A program made the translations under genes and the position numbers. The notes under the pieces were generated by a model. That model was not told where the DNA came from. It searched no databases and saw only the letters and a list, made by a program, of their open reading frames with translations. A stretch of DNA of 63,223 nt, the filler included, from Reticulomyxa filosa (lineage: Eukaryota; Protista; Foraminifera), in NCBI GenBank assembly GCA_000512085.1. It is 11 parts of 11 records of this genome, joined end to end, with 100 filler letters (N's around TTAATTAATTAA, not from the genome) between each part and the next. Parts side by side here need not be neighbours in the genome. Positions count along the whole stretch, not along the records: positions 25,351 to 36,548 come from ASPP01018823.1; positions 36,649 to 37,879 come from ASPP01043304.1; positions 37,980 to 45,917 come from ASPP01012644.1; 8 more parts are not named here. One strand, given 5' to 3'. Shown one piece after another: positions 26,677 to 38,472 of this stretch; positions within the stretch are counted from its first letter, which is position 1, and the number at the start of each line of letters is the position of its first letter.

Positions 26677-27410
26677 ATGCTCACTCAACTCCCCACAGCG
26701 GAAGAAATAAGGGAGAAAATATCAAAGACACTGAAATTTTTTGACAGACAAAAATACGCAAAAGCTCTTGGAGCGCTTGGGAAAAAGGATCCGGAGAGAT
26801 TCAATGAATTAGTAAAAGAACTGATTAAAGTTGAATATTTCTTTGTTTTATCCTTGTTTATTAAAAGTATGCACCCCCTTTGAAGCAGGATAAAATGTAT
26901 CTCCCTTAAAAAAAAAAAAGTTTGAAGGAACAAAAGAGACCCAAGTGACAGCAACAAAACCAGGTCAAGGAGACAAGAAAACAAGAGAGGAGGAGAAGAT
27001 TGAAGAAGTGTCAAAAACAGTAGAAAAAGAAGAAAGTATATCATTTAGTTTTGAGCCAATAGAAAGTGAAAGTTTTGAACATGTGAGCGAAGCATTAGAT
27101 ATTGAAGAAGACGAAGAGACAAGTTTGACCAAAGATGATCCACTAATGCAAGTGCTGCCAGATTCGAAGAGTAATGTGTCCAAGCATTACCATATCTATG
27201 AAGTGGTCATCGTAGCAGCCGTTGTCAGTGACTGTTGTCAGGACATTTTATTCAAAGAAATATCATCATCTTCGACTGTGAAGAAGCGATTTATTGTCAA
27301 CAGTTACATTAAGCGACAGCAAGAGTTAAAAAAAATGTGTTTGAAGTGCTTATATATGTATATGTATAGATATACATGTATACGTATATGTATTGTTATT
27401 TATTATAACA

Positions 27411-27441
<31 letters not shown>

Positions 27442-30400
27442 AAGGAGTGAAGAAGTTAGTTGAGCTAGTGACTACCTCAGTTCCTTTCATTCGAGAATTG
27501 GCAATCAAGTGTTTGATGGGAATACGTCGTGTGCAGGTGTTGGATGCACTGATTGAGCCATGTTTGAAAAAGTTTGGTCCCGATATGGTCGGCAGATTTC
27601 TTCATGCTTGCAGGTATATCAGTTGTTAACAAAAAAAAAAAATGCATATGTATGTATGTGCTTCTGTATTTATGACATTGGGGGATTTACAATAATCTAA
27701 AGTTCAGAGGCTGTGAAGACAGTGATGACTCAGAACGAACGAGTGCTGAAGTCGAAAACCATCAATTGGAATCAAATGTGCAAATTCCAGGCGCAGTTGA
27801 TATTGGATTTAATGGACAAGGAATTGAGCACGTTGTTTGAGCAGCAGAGCGACACAACAGATTGGAAGAAGTTGAATTTCTTGGATACGAAGAGTGACAA
27901 GCCTAAACGTATACTCTCGCGAAAGAATAATAATAATAATAATAATAATAATAAGAATAAGAATAAGAATAAGAATAAGAATAAGAATACAGTGAAACCA
28001 GAAGTAGACAAATCGGGATGGGGGAAATTGGTGCAAAATCCAAGTGAAGTGACACAGCAGTTATTGGAACTGGTCTTGCGCTACCCGACCATTGTGAGTG
28101 AACAAACCAAGACCATAACAGCGAAATCAGCTCATGCCGGGCTGTCGAGTTTCGCAATGCCAAAGGCTCACGACATGTGCTCAAGCCCGGATATTTCCTG
28201 CAAATTCCACCACTCGTGTGGTACTCGCAAGGCTTGTTTTGGACTCGACATCCCGAGTTAATGCTTCAGCTCGTCAGCGCCACGCTCAACTTCAATCATA
28301 ATGGACTTTTGGTGTGGGAGACCAGCAGCGACAACGTGTGGAGAAAAGACCTGTCGGTGACAAGGAACACACAGAAGCCGATGAAAAAGTCGCTCTTCGA
28401 CATTATCGACACGCTGTTGTCTTTGTCCAAACGAGAAATTGTCTTCCCCGAAGACTTGACACAGTACCCTGTTGACTCCCTTGTCAAATCGGACTTTCAT
28501 GAGCTTACTTCCTGCTTTATTTTCTGCTATGACAAAGTTGACCCCCTTTTCCATCCGTGGGAAAGATGCACGTTGAATCCCAACACTCATTTGAGAGAGT
28601 ATTCCATGAATAATCAGGCTCAAGTCTCATTTGGTTATGTCAATGGTCGTGGTCGTAGTCGTGGTCGTAGTCGTGGTCGTGGACAGAGACAAGAACGAGG
28701 ACGAGGACAAACACGAGGACGAGGACAAACACGAGGACGAGGACAAACACGAGAACGAGGACAAACACGAGGACGAGGACAAACACGAAAACGAGGACAA
28801 ACACGAGGACGGGGACAAACACGAGGACGAGGACGAGGACAAACACAAGGGCGAGGACGGAGACTCTCATCGATGCCAGCAAACAGCACTTCTAGTAAAG
28901 TGAAACGCTATTCCAAAGTGAAGGATTTCTGGCAGAAATTTTCCGCTCGTGGCGCTACGTATCAATTCATCTTGGAAATCGCAAGACCACAGCATATCGT
29001 TCAGATTTTACACGTCAGCGAGGTGACAATGCTCGTCACACGAGTTGTCGATTGGTTCGAAAGCGTTAAGCCGTCGGGAGACTCGTTTCCAAGTTTCTGT
29101 CGCAGAATTGAATGGACAATGGTACTAACAGCTATTTTTTTTTTTTTTAATGTATAACATATATATATATATGTATATATGAATAGTTGTTCAATTTTTT
29201 TATTCGTCGATGGCTCTTCTATGCCAACTCCCAAGTGAATAAATATCGGAGATCGCACTTGGTCGGAGAAGAGAGCAAAGGCACGGACATTGTTGGCCCT
29301 CATGCCGAGTTGCTGAATTTTTGCTTGTCTTCGTTTTTGCGACTACTGGACGACTGTCATCACATGGCCGAGCAGAGCGCTCACAAACAGCGACTGCTGA
29401 AGCTCGGCAAGCTGTTCAGTCGACTTGTGAAAGTGGAGGAAGAGTGGGTTGCCTTCCAAAAGGAGCACATCCACGACATCCCAACGAGCAAAGAGGAAGC
29501 CGTCGCTCATATGTTGTGGACCATTACGAATGTCGACTTAAAGTGGACGAGCCCAGCCCATGTGCAGCCGACCGCAATAGAAGATGCAAGCATGCAAAAT
29601 AAAACGGTTTTCACATCGTCATTGCCGTCATCATCATCATCATCATCATTATCATCATCATCATCATTATCATCATCATCATTATCATCATCATCATTAT
29701 CATCATCATCATCATTATCATCATCATCATCATCATCGATAACCTCGACACAAATGGAAAAGCTATTAAACTTTAAAGGGCAGCGTATTCTAAATTCTCA
29801 TCGATTGGCCAAGCTATGCAAAGACGGTTCGTACATTGAAAAGGTGAAACCAAAATGGGAAGAATTTGAGATGGCCTTTGCTAACTTGGTGCAAGCACTG
29901 CATAAAACCGAAGACAAAGATAAAGATAAAGATAAAGATAAAGATAAAGATGATAACAGTAGTGATGAAGATGACAACAAAACACAAAAGAATAAGCGAT
30001 GGCGACATACCTTTCCATTGTTACATGCATTGCGAGATCTTCGTGCGAAAGTCGAGACATTGATGCAAATGGAACTGAACGGGCATGCGAACTTGGAACG
30101 ATGGACGCACTTGTTTTCCACACGCGTGCTGAAGAAGTGCGACAAGTTGGCGTCGCATGGACTGTTGGACTTTGCATTCCGCCATCTGAAACGAAACGTG
30201 CCGAAGCAATTGGGTCAACATGCGTTTTCAAAGAGACTATACAAAATCCTCGAGACCGAGTGGTTTTATTTCTGGCATTCCCTCATTCGTCGCGTTTTGG
30301 AAACGAGCACGGATCTGAACAAGTTGCAAACGGAACATGGCTTCGTGTTGATTCAGAAAACTTTGGATGAGTATTTTGAAAGCATTCAAATGCTCGAGGA

Positions 30401-33400
30401 TACTACCAATTGCACTCGTATCGTTGATGCCTTACATTTCCTGCAATTTCAGGCCCTTCAATATAGCAAAAAAGCCTTCACCTCGTTGCCACGCTACATA
30501 ATGAGGGTCATTCGTTGTCGAAAGATCAATAACAACAACATCATACCCACGTCCAAAGTACTGGAGATGGTGAAATACTTTTTTGCATTGCCTCAAAAGT
30601 TGCTGTGGAAACAAAGAAAAGAAAACCAAGAACATGCGACTGCAAATGAACATGAATATGAACAAATTAATCAAACTGCTTTGGAAACATGGTACGAACA
30701 AGTATGTGACATATATTGGAACATGCTAAAATTTTTATGCCAATTCCGACGGCAATGCATTGCCAACAGAGCCAACGTGCAAGCGTTTGAACAAAAGTCT
30801 CTTGTCGATCGACAGGTGTTGGAAGAGGACCTTGCTGCCACGCAAGACCTCATTGCCTTCGCCTACGGCCAATGGCAACATCTTTTGTGCACGTACGCAC
30901 ATCACGGCTGGCATCAAGTCCTCGCCGAATACAATCAAATGATCGTTTTCATTGAAGAACACGCGCTGCACATTATCGAACAAGCGCAAGCGCATTCTCG
31001 CGAAATCGACAAAATCAAAATGCGTGAGGTTAGAGATGACGGCAAGGCAAAACAACAACAACAACAACAACAACAGCAAGAAAAAAAAGTGGAAACGGCA
31101 GAGGAAAGAAAACAAAGAATAAACGCTGCAGCTTGGACAAAAAAATCCGAATGGGTATTGCGTGGGCTTAAAAAAGCGGACAAAGCAGTGGAAAAAATTA
31201 AAAAGGTTTGGCACGCCCGACGACGTGTCGAAGAGTGGATCAAAGTAGTGGCCACTTACGCGACACCTGCCGCCTCACGTGCGACGACTGCAATCATCAC
31301 TACTTTGCAAGACACCAAGTGTGATCATGTCACGTTTGAGTATGCTACGAATGCCCATGCCGAGCAGATACAGCGCATATTGGATGATGCGAAGATAGGA
31401 CGCAATGAATTGGAAGATGTGTTCCAGCGCGGCAACAAGCGTCTGCTGACCGACATTTCCTCTGTGATATTTGCCATGGAAAGCTGTCCGGCTCTCATTC
31501 GCAAAATTATCACGGAAATGATGCCCAAGCTTTTCGATCTCGAAGTAATCTACCAAAGCGATCTTCGACAGTTGTGGTGCAAAGTGGTTACGAACGTGCT
31601 GAAGGCATTACAACAGAGAAGGTCAAAGCTAGCTCGAGTGTGTGCGCACTCGGAAGAGGTGAAGCAATTGGACAAGCACTTGCACGACGTGTTTGAAAGT
31701 GTGTTTACGGTCGTATCGAAAGTGAATGACGAATTGGTGGACAAATGCGACAATGAAGATAAAGAAGCAGAAGCAGAAGCAAAAGCAAAAGTAGAAGGAG
31801 AAAAAGAAAGTAAAGAGAAAGTGGACAAATGGGAAGAGATGTTGGCGGAGATGTCAACATTGGCACTGAAGCTGTTATCAATAGGAAAAGTGCAGAGTAA
31901 TAACACAGATAACTTTGTTGAGCATTTGTTGCGCATTCCCGTGACCACAGCTATAATCCCAGATATGACGAAGCTGATGCAGTTGTTGAACCAAAAGCAA
32001 CGCTTTGTAGATTGGAATCACTGTTGGGAGCGCGTGATATCGCACAAGGATAAGTTGATGACGTCTTCCAATGAATTGAGATTGAAGTCGACACAACAAA
32101 GTGTAGTGTTTGATTTGGACAGCTTTGTGTTGGATTTGTTGTCAGACCGTGGAGTGACTCGTGAGCAAATAGGGACGATATTTGAAGTGATAGGAACACA
32201 ACAGCATATCGCATTTCTGACAAAAAAGGACCCCACATTGCTGGTGACGCTGTTTGAGAGAATGTTCCAAGACCCTTGTAAAGTGAACGAAACAGTGCGA
32301 GCAGGAGTGACATATCGTTTGAAATGGCTGTTGGACGCACAATCGGATCACACATCAGAGCGAATCCGCGACCAGTTAATCAAGTATTTGGACATCACTG
32401 ATGCAAGTGTCCGTCGTCAATTGATCAAAGAGTTGGATAGCGCATTAAGTGCGAATCGAGATCAAGCTCTGCGAAATCTGATTGATGCCACGCTGTTATG
32501 TACTGCAGATACACGAAAGACACAGCTTCAACGCACGGTGGCATTGTTTGCGAAAAAGTTAAAAAATGAAAGCATTGATCGTCGCAAGACAGGGGTGGCC
32601 TTGCTGTTTGATCGCATTAGTAGTATACGTAGTAACAACAACAACAACAACAACAACAACTGCGATGGCAATGACGACCTATTACAATCCAAAGATTGTC
32701 GAGATATTATCTTGGAAATGCTAGACGACAGCTTGGATGCTCAAGACTTGGACGCCGACGAATCGGTCGATGTCGTGTCGTCGACGTGGAACACGGTGTG
32801 TAATCATTCATTGTTGGGCCATTTCTACACGCTGTCTCTGGTGGCCATTCGCAAGGCCGTTTGCCAATTGAATGCTTCGCTGTTCGAATTTGCTGTCGAA
32901 TTGCAATGGCGCATGTGCAAGTATCGTCTGGGAGCTACTGACGCGGCTGTCGATTTCGTCATCCATTTGGGCGATCTGAAGAGACGGGGTATGGAATTGT
33001 ACAAAGAGTATGAACGACAATTGGACATTTGTGGACATGCTTTGAAAGATCAGATGACTCATGATCAAAATGGGAATAATAATAACAAAGATAGCGAGAA
33101 TGATAAAGATAGGGATAATAATAATGATGCAAATACAGACCAGAGGAAGAAACAGCTAATTCGTCGAATCTACTTTCAACCTGACCAAGAACAACATTTC
33201 ATCGACATGTATTTAAATGCCTACAAAAGTCGCGTGCAAAAAGACAACCCCGAGTTTATGGCGACCGTTGAAAACAAGTTACAGTATTTACACGTGCTCT
33301 TCGATGTGCTGGGACGCAATTGGAGTCGTACCCAAGTCTTGGTCGATTTTGTCGAACACATGCTGCGCGAGTTTGAAACGATGGACGTCGGCAATGTCGA

Positions 33401-36400
33401 TGACAGCACCGATCGAATCAAGTCGGAAGAAAAGCAGGAATACGTCGCCATGGTGTTTCGCTACGTGTTGAAATACCATCGACGAGATTGGTATACGGTC
33501 GACGCCATTGGCAAATTTGTCACGAGGGTTTTTGATGTGCTTAAACATTTGCACACAAACAAAAAAAATGACCTGTTTTCTTCGTCGCAAGTGCTCATTG
33601 TCGTACTGCTGCGTAACGCGCTGCATGTCATTACCAACGATGCAGCCAAGAAAACCGGTCAAGAATTGTACTCATCGTCGTCATCGTCATCATTGTCGTC
33701 ATCATCGTCGTCATTGTCGTCATCATCGTCGTTTGTTACCCTGTTCATTGACAAATGCCTGGACATTTTGAAACCCAATTATCCAAAGAATTACGACGGA
33801 CAAATGTGGACCATCGAATGGGAGATCTGCAAGTCATTTCGATGGTTCGCCGCAAAGGCGGATGAACAGTGCATCGTCAAGTATCGTCGCGAAGTAGCCA
33901 ATGCACGAAGACGAATGTGTTTCGAAGCCAAAAGAGCACGTAAATTGGCTTTGATCGCCGCATCAAATGACAAAGATGAAAAAAAAGACAAAGATCAAAG
34001 TCAAGATGATGATATAAAAAAAAAAAGCAACAAAGACCTGTAATCGAATGGTCGAAATTGCCGTCGTTTACCTGGCCAATATTTGTCAAGTACTGGGAGG
34101 TGGTATTGGAATGCTTGAAGCAGGTGACCGTGGACCGCAAGGTCGACAAGGAGCACGTGTCGTTGGAATACAAGATCTCGGAAACGACGCAGTTGTTCCG
34201 CGAAGAGGTGCTTCAGCGAGAAAACGCACGTAGAAAACATGAGCAGTCGTCGACAGAGCAGTCATCGTCATTGAGAACAAAGGCCAGCGTGAGTGTTGGA
34301 TGACAGAGCAGGCAATGTGGTGTGTGGACATGTTGCAGCAGTGGATTTGGGGAGGAAGTTGGATCGAGGTTACCACCGATACGTTATTTACATTCAATTT
34401 GGACGACGGCGACGGCGACGACGACAAATTTTGTAATGCATTAAACGAAAGCAAATTGGGTCCAAAGGTCAAGAGCTTGCTGTTGGTAGGAGCACAAATT
34501 ATGCATGGCATTACGTATCGAGGACTGTTGCGATACCGCTGGTACGAGGCTGAGACCATTCATCAAGGCATCCAATACGTGATGCAGGCATTGAAGAATA
34601 TCAACCTCGTAGACAATGAAGGTCTACGCATTATCGAAAATGATCATTGCGCAATGATACTATTGGAAACATTGGTGAAGAGATATCATACCAGATATTC
34701 CAATTGCATTCGCAAAAGCTTTTCTCGCGCGTTGATGTGGAAAGACATTGCTCTACTGCGAGAGTATCATGATATAATGCTGCACAGCAGACAGGCGCCA
34801 CGAGTGCTATGGAGATGGTATCATTGCGAACTTGCGCATGCAACGAGTGAAAAAAAAAGAGCAATTGCGAAACAGGATACGTTGGTTGAACAGCTGCTTC
34901 AAATCACGAAATCGGCAATCCATTTGCGTTTTGTGTGGAAACATTTGGTGCGTTATCGCCAAGACCTGTTGGACGAGTTTTTGGATAGCGGCGAGGCGTA
35001 TCGTGGAGTGTTTTAGCTCAGCCTTTGGAACGCTTCCAATCGCGAACACAAAAGGAACAAGAATTGCTGAAAGACCCATTGGTCAAACCATATGTCCAAG
35101 ATGCTCTGAGAAAAATTGAACGGAAAAAGGGACGGAACATCAAAGATGTGAAACGATCGGATACGATAATGAGGACTGCATTACGTCATGCCATTTCCAC
35201 TAACGCAACATTGCGAAGTGAATTGAAAAAAAACGCGCCAACGCGCTGAAGCAGTCGGTGGATGTGACAATGAAAGAACTGGTGGAAATGCAACAAAGGG
35301 AACAGACGAGTCTCGAACTGGCCAGAAAGCGATGGCTTCAAGATCAACAAGCTTTGCTCAACGAGACAGACATCAAACAAGATGTCAATGCAAATGAATC
35401 AAAGACAAGTGATATCGACGCACGTGCGTTTGATCACAAAGATCTATTTGTGTTGGAAGTTTGTTACAACCTAAATCGTTTGCTGCCCGAACAGGTAGAC
35501 AAGTTGGCTCAACAACGCATTCGACAATTGTTGAATAATAAACGTCCAATGACTGAGCGCGAAACTGCGGCGAAGCGGTTAACGTTGCTGCCTGGAACTA
35601 CGTATACTGATATTGCCAATCTCTTGTCCAAATATAAGTCCAAAGAACTCGGTGTCAAAGTTACGGAGGCGTTGATCAAAGGAGTGATGTATGGCGACGA
35701 CATGTTGACCCCTTTGCAATACTTGTTGACACCAGAAATGTTAGGATCGCAGCAGGCCCGAGTCGCCGCTTATTCTCTTCCCAAATGCCTTCCCTATGCA
35801 CCCCATTCCACGTTCACTACGATGATGAAGGCAACACTGACTGGCGAGAGACGAGTAAAGATGAAAATCACCGCGTACAAACAAATAATTCGTATGCTCA
35901 CGAGCAATCCCACACCCAAACATTTGCGCATGGTGCTGCACGAATGGAAACGCAAGAATCTACATCGCGATGTTCGTATTGTTATATTAACCGAGGTATT
36001 CAAGATATTGGCGACCGATCGACCCACCAAGTCCCTCATTGACATAGCGTGGAAGATCTTGGAGTCGTGTGTGAATGATTTCCATACCAACTCTAATGAT
36101 GAGATTATGATTGCGCTCATCGGTCGATTCACCACCTCCAGCACGATCTTTGAGGAGATTAGCTTCAAACCAAGGATTTTGGAATACTTGAACACCTTTT
36201 CCTCAATTGTATTCAAGCCAGAATACCGCGATCGATTGCGAGACAATTTATTGTTGGTCTTGGTAAAGAGGATTTACGAACACTACTACGTCACCAAAGA
36301 AAGTTTGGAAGAAACCAAAACTGATCGTGTCGATGACAAACGCAAAAAGAAAAACAAAAAAGCAGAAGATGAAAGGTTAATTCGAGATCAATGGGAGATT

Positions 36401-36548
36401 GGTGATCATAACATTCAGGTGAGTGTCAATGGCGATGACACATGGATTGATGGGACAATCACAAATCGTCACATTGAAAACAATATTGGAGAATTCATTA
36501 CTGTGTCTTACAAAGACCCTTCTTCTTCTTCTTCTTCTTCTTCTTCTT
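26677..36548 (+). CDS. Giant (~3000 aa) uncharacterised alpha-helical (HEAT-like) protein, 3' truncated, five apparent frameshifts
   Basis: Abutting + strand ORFs 26596, 26945, 27393, 27713, 28177, 29187, 34058, 34300, 35025 and 35258 form one reading path, with introns at the 5' end and single-base frame breaks at homopolymers. Confidence 0.8.
28645..28860 (+). repeat. 18-bp tandem repeat encoding (RGRGQT)n, preceded by a 12-bp (GRSR)n repeat
   Basis: About 8 copies of cgaggacgaggacaaaca with variants, in frame with ORF 28177-29157. Confidence 0.9.
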
Positions 36549-36648
36549 NNNNNNNNNNNNNNNNNNNNNNNNNNNNNNNNNNNNNNNNNNNNTTAATTAA
36601 TTAANNNNNNNNNNNNNNNNNNNNNNNNNNNNNNNNNNNNNNNNNNNN

Positions 36649-37204
36649 AAAAAAAAAGCGGAAACACGTGACGCAGATAGAAATTTGCAAGCAGACAAGC
36701 ACCATTTCCCATCAGGGATAGCAAACCTGATCAAGTGGTTGCACGAGAATGATTTTTTGTTTGGACTGTACACTAAGTGCAGGAAATAATACATGTTCGA
36801 GCGGACGACGTGTGTTCAAGCCGCCAAGGAGCTATGGACATTACCAGCAAGACGCGAACACATTTGCGGAATGGAAGATCATTGGAGATCCACTTTGGCT
36901 ACCATTGAATCCGTAGCTGGACCCAATGTTACGGCTATGTCGGCTACGTATAATTGGACGTATAATGACTTTTTAATGACAGGTGGACATTATGCATGTT
37001 GTCTTAGCTCCTCTCTTTTCAAACAACCTAACAATCCAAACGAGACAACATGGAACTGTTGTCGAGGATTCCTTCACCAATGCACTCCTCTGCAAAAATG
37101 GAACAGTTGGCGAAAAAGAAAGAAAACAATCAGTGCAAACCCAATACACCAAAAACAACACCATTCGAAATAAAGGTGCTATCATCACGGCCCAAAACAA
37201 ATAA
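36649..37204 (+). pseudogene. GH27 alpha-galactosidase pseudogene fragment
   Basis: RDADRNLQADKHHFPSGIANLIKWLHENDFLFGLYT/SAGNNTC, SYGHY, TFAEW and NWTYNDFLMTGG lie in different frames with internal deletions. Confidence 0.75.
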
Positions 37205-38472
37205 CGTTTGTCTATTGTGATCTCTTCTGACGCTGATAATATTCGGGTTGACCTATCTTCACAGCCGAAGCGCGGATACAATTTTTTTTGCTGTTTGTCC
37301 CAAAAGTGCATAACACATGAAATTATTAATAAATAAATAAATAAAAATCAAATATTCGATCTTATGCCTTTTTCACAGTCAAAAATAAATCTTGCAATAC
37401 TACCTTTTGCTCGTAGATTGAAATTAATGGTGTATAATAATCAGTCTTAGAACTACAAAAAATCAGCACAACAGTGGGGTCAATTGTTGCAATGAAGTGT
37501 ATCAATATTACTATACGCTTTAGCCTTTTTTTTTTTTTGTAAGCACTTGTTTACGTAAAAATTTTTTGCTGTACATTCAATCTGTTTAGCAAGATCGTGT
37601 TTTTATGTATTTTTATCACTGTATTGTGACAATCTCATTTTAAAACATTCCAAATCTAATAGTTTAATGCATTGACTATCCATCTTGTAAAAAAGGATTC
37701 TGAAAAACAAAGATTCAATTTGGGGTGAAGTTGAAAAGTTCTTCTTTTTCGAAATTATCATCAGTGGAAAAATGTCTGATACCGAAAACGAGAAAACAGA
37801 GGAAAAACCACAGGTAAGTGTGTGCACAATCAATCTGATGATATTTGGCATGTACATCTTCAGCGGCACCTAAAAAAAANNNNNNNNNNNNNNNNNNNNN
37901 NNNNNNNNNNNNNNNNNNNNNNNTTAATTAATTAANNNNNNNNNNNNNNNNNNNNNNNNNNNNNNNNNNNNNNNNNNNNCTTTTTAATATTTACAAACTC
38001 TCTCAATCTTATGTTATCACAATGATGAAGTGTTTTTTCTAATTTTTGTGATTATTGTCCCTTTATTGGAAGTTCGTATTACTTAGAAATCTTTATCTCT
38101 GCTTGTTCTCATAAAATTTCACTTTATACAATTACATACAGTCATTACCGTTTTGTATTGCGAGACATTCAATCTAATTTTCTACTTGGTTATTAATATT
38201 TTTTGTTTTGAAATGTTCAAAAAACGAATACTTTTTTTCAAATAAAGTCTAAACTTTTTATGTTTTTTTGAGAACTTATGAATATATTTTTTATGAGCAA
38301 TTTCAAATTGGAAGGAGTGGTAAAAAATCAAATTATATTGCGAGTGGGAAAAGTCCCAAGGTGGATCTGCTAGACACTTGTATAAATTTTTTTTTTTTTC
38401 CACCAAAAATCGCAAATCATCAACCAATCCGAAACACCGTTCAAATTTAACAAACAAGCGCTGGATGAAAAC

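Noticed and set aside
28645-28860. CRISPR-like array
   Set aside because: Contiguous tandem units with no unique spacers, inside a coding frame, and no cas genes.
34020-35250. Stop-codon reassignment or Euplotes-style +1 frameshifting
   Set aside because: Conserved genes end at TAA, TAG and TGA, Trp is TGG, and the breaks need a frame change and mostly lack an adjacent stop.
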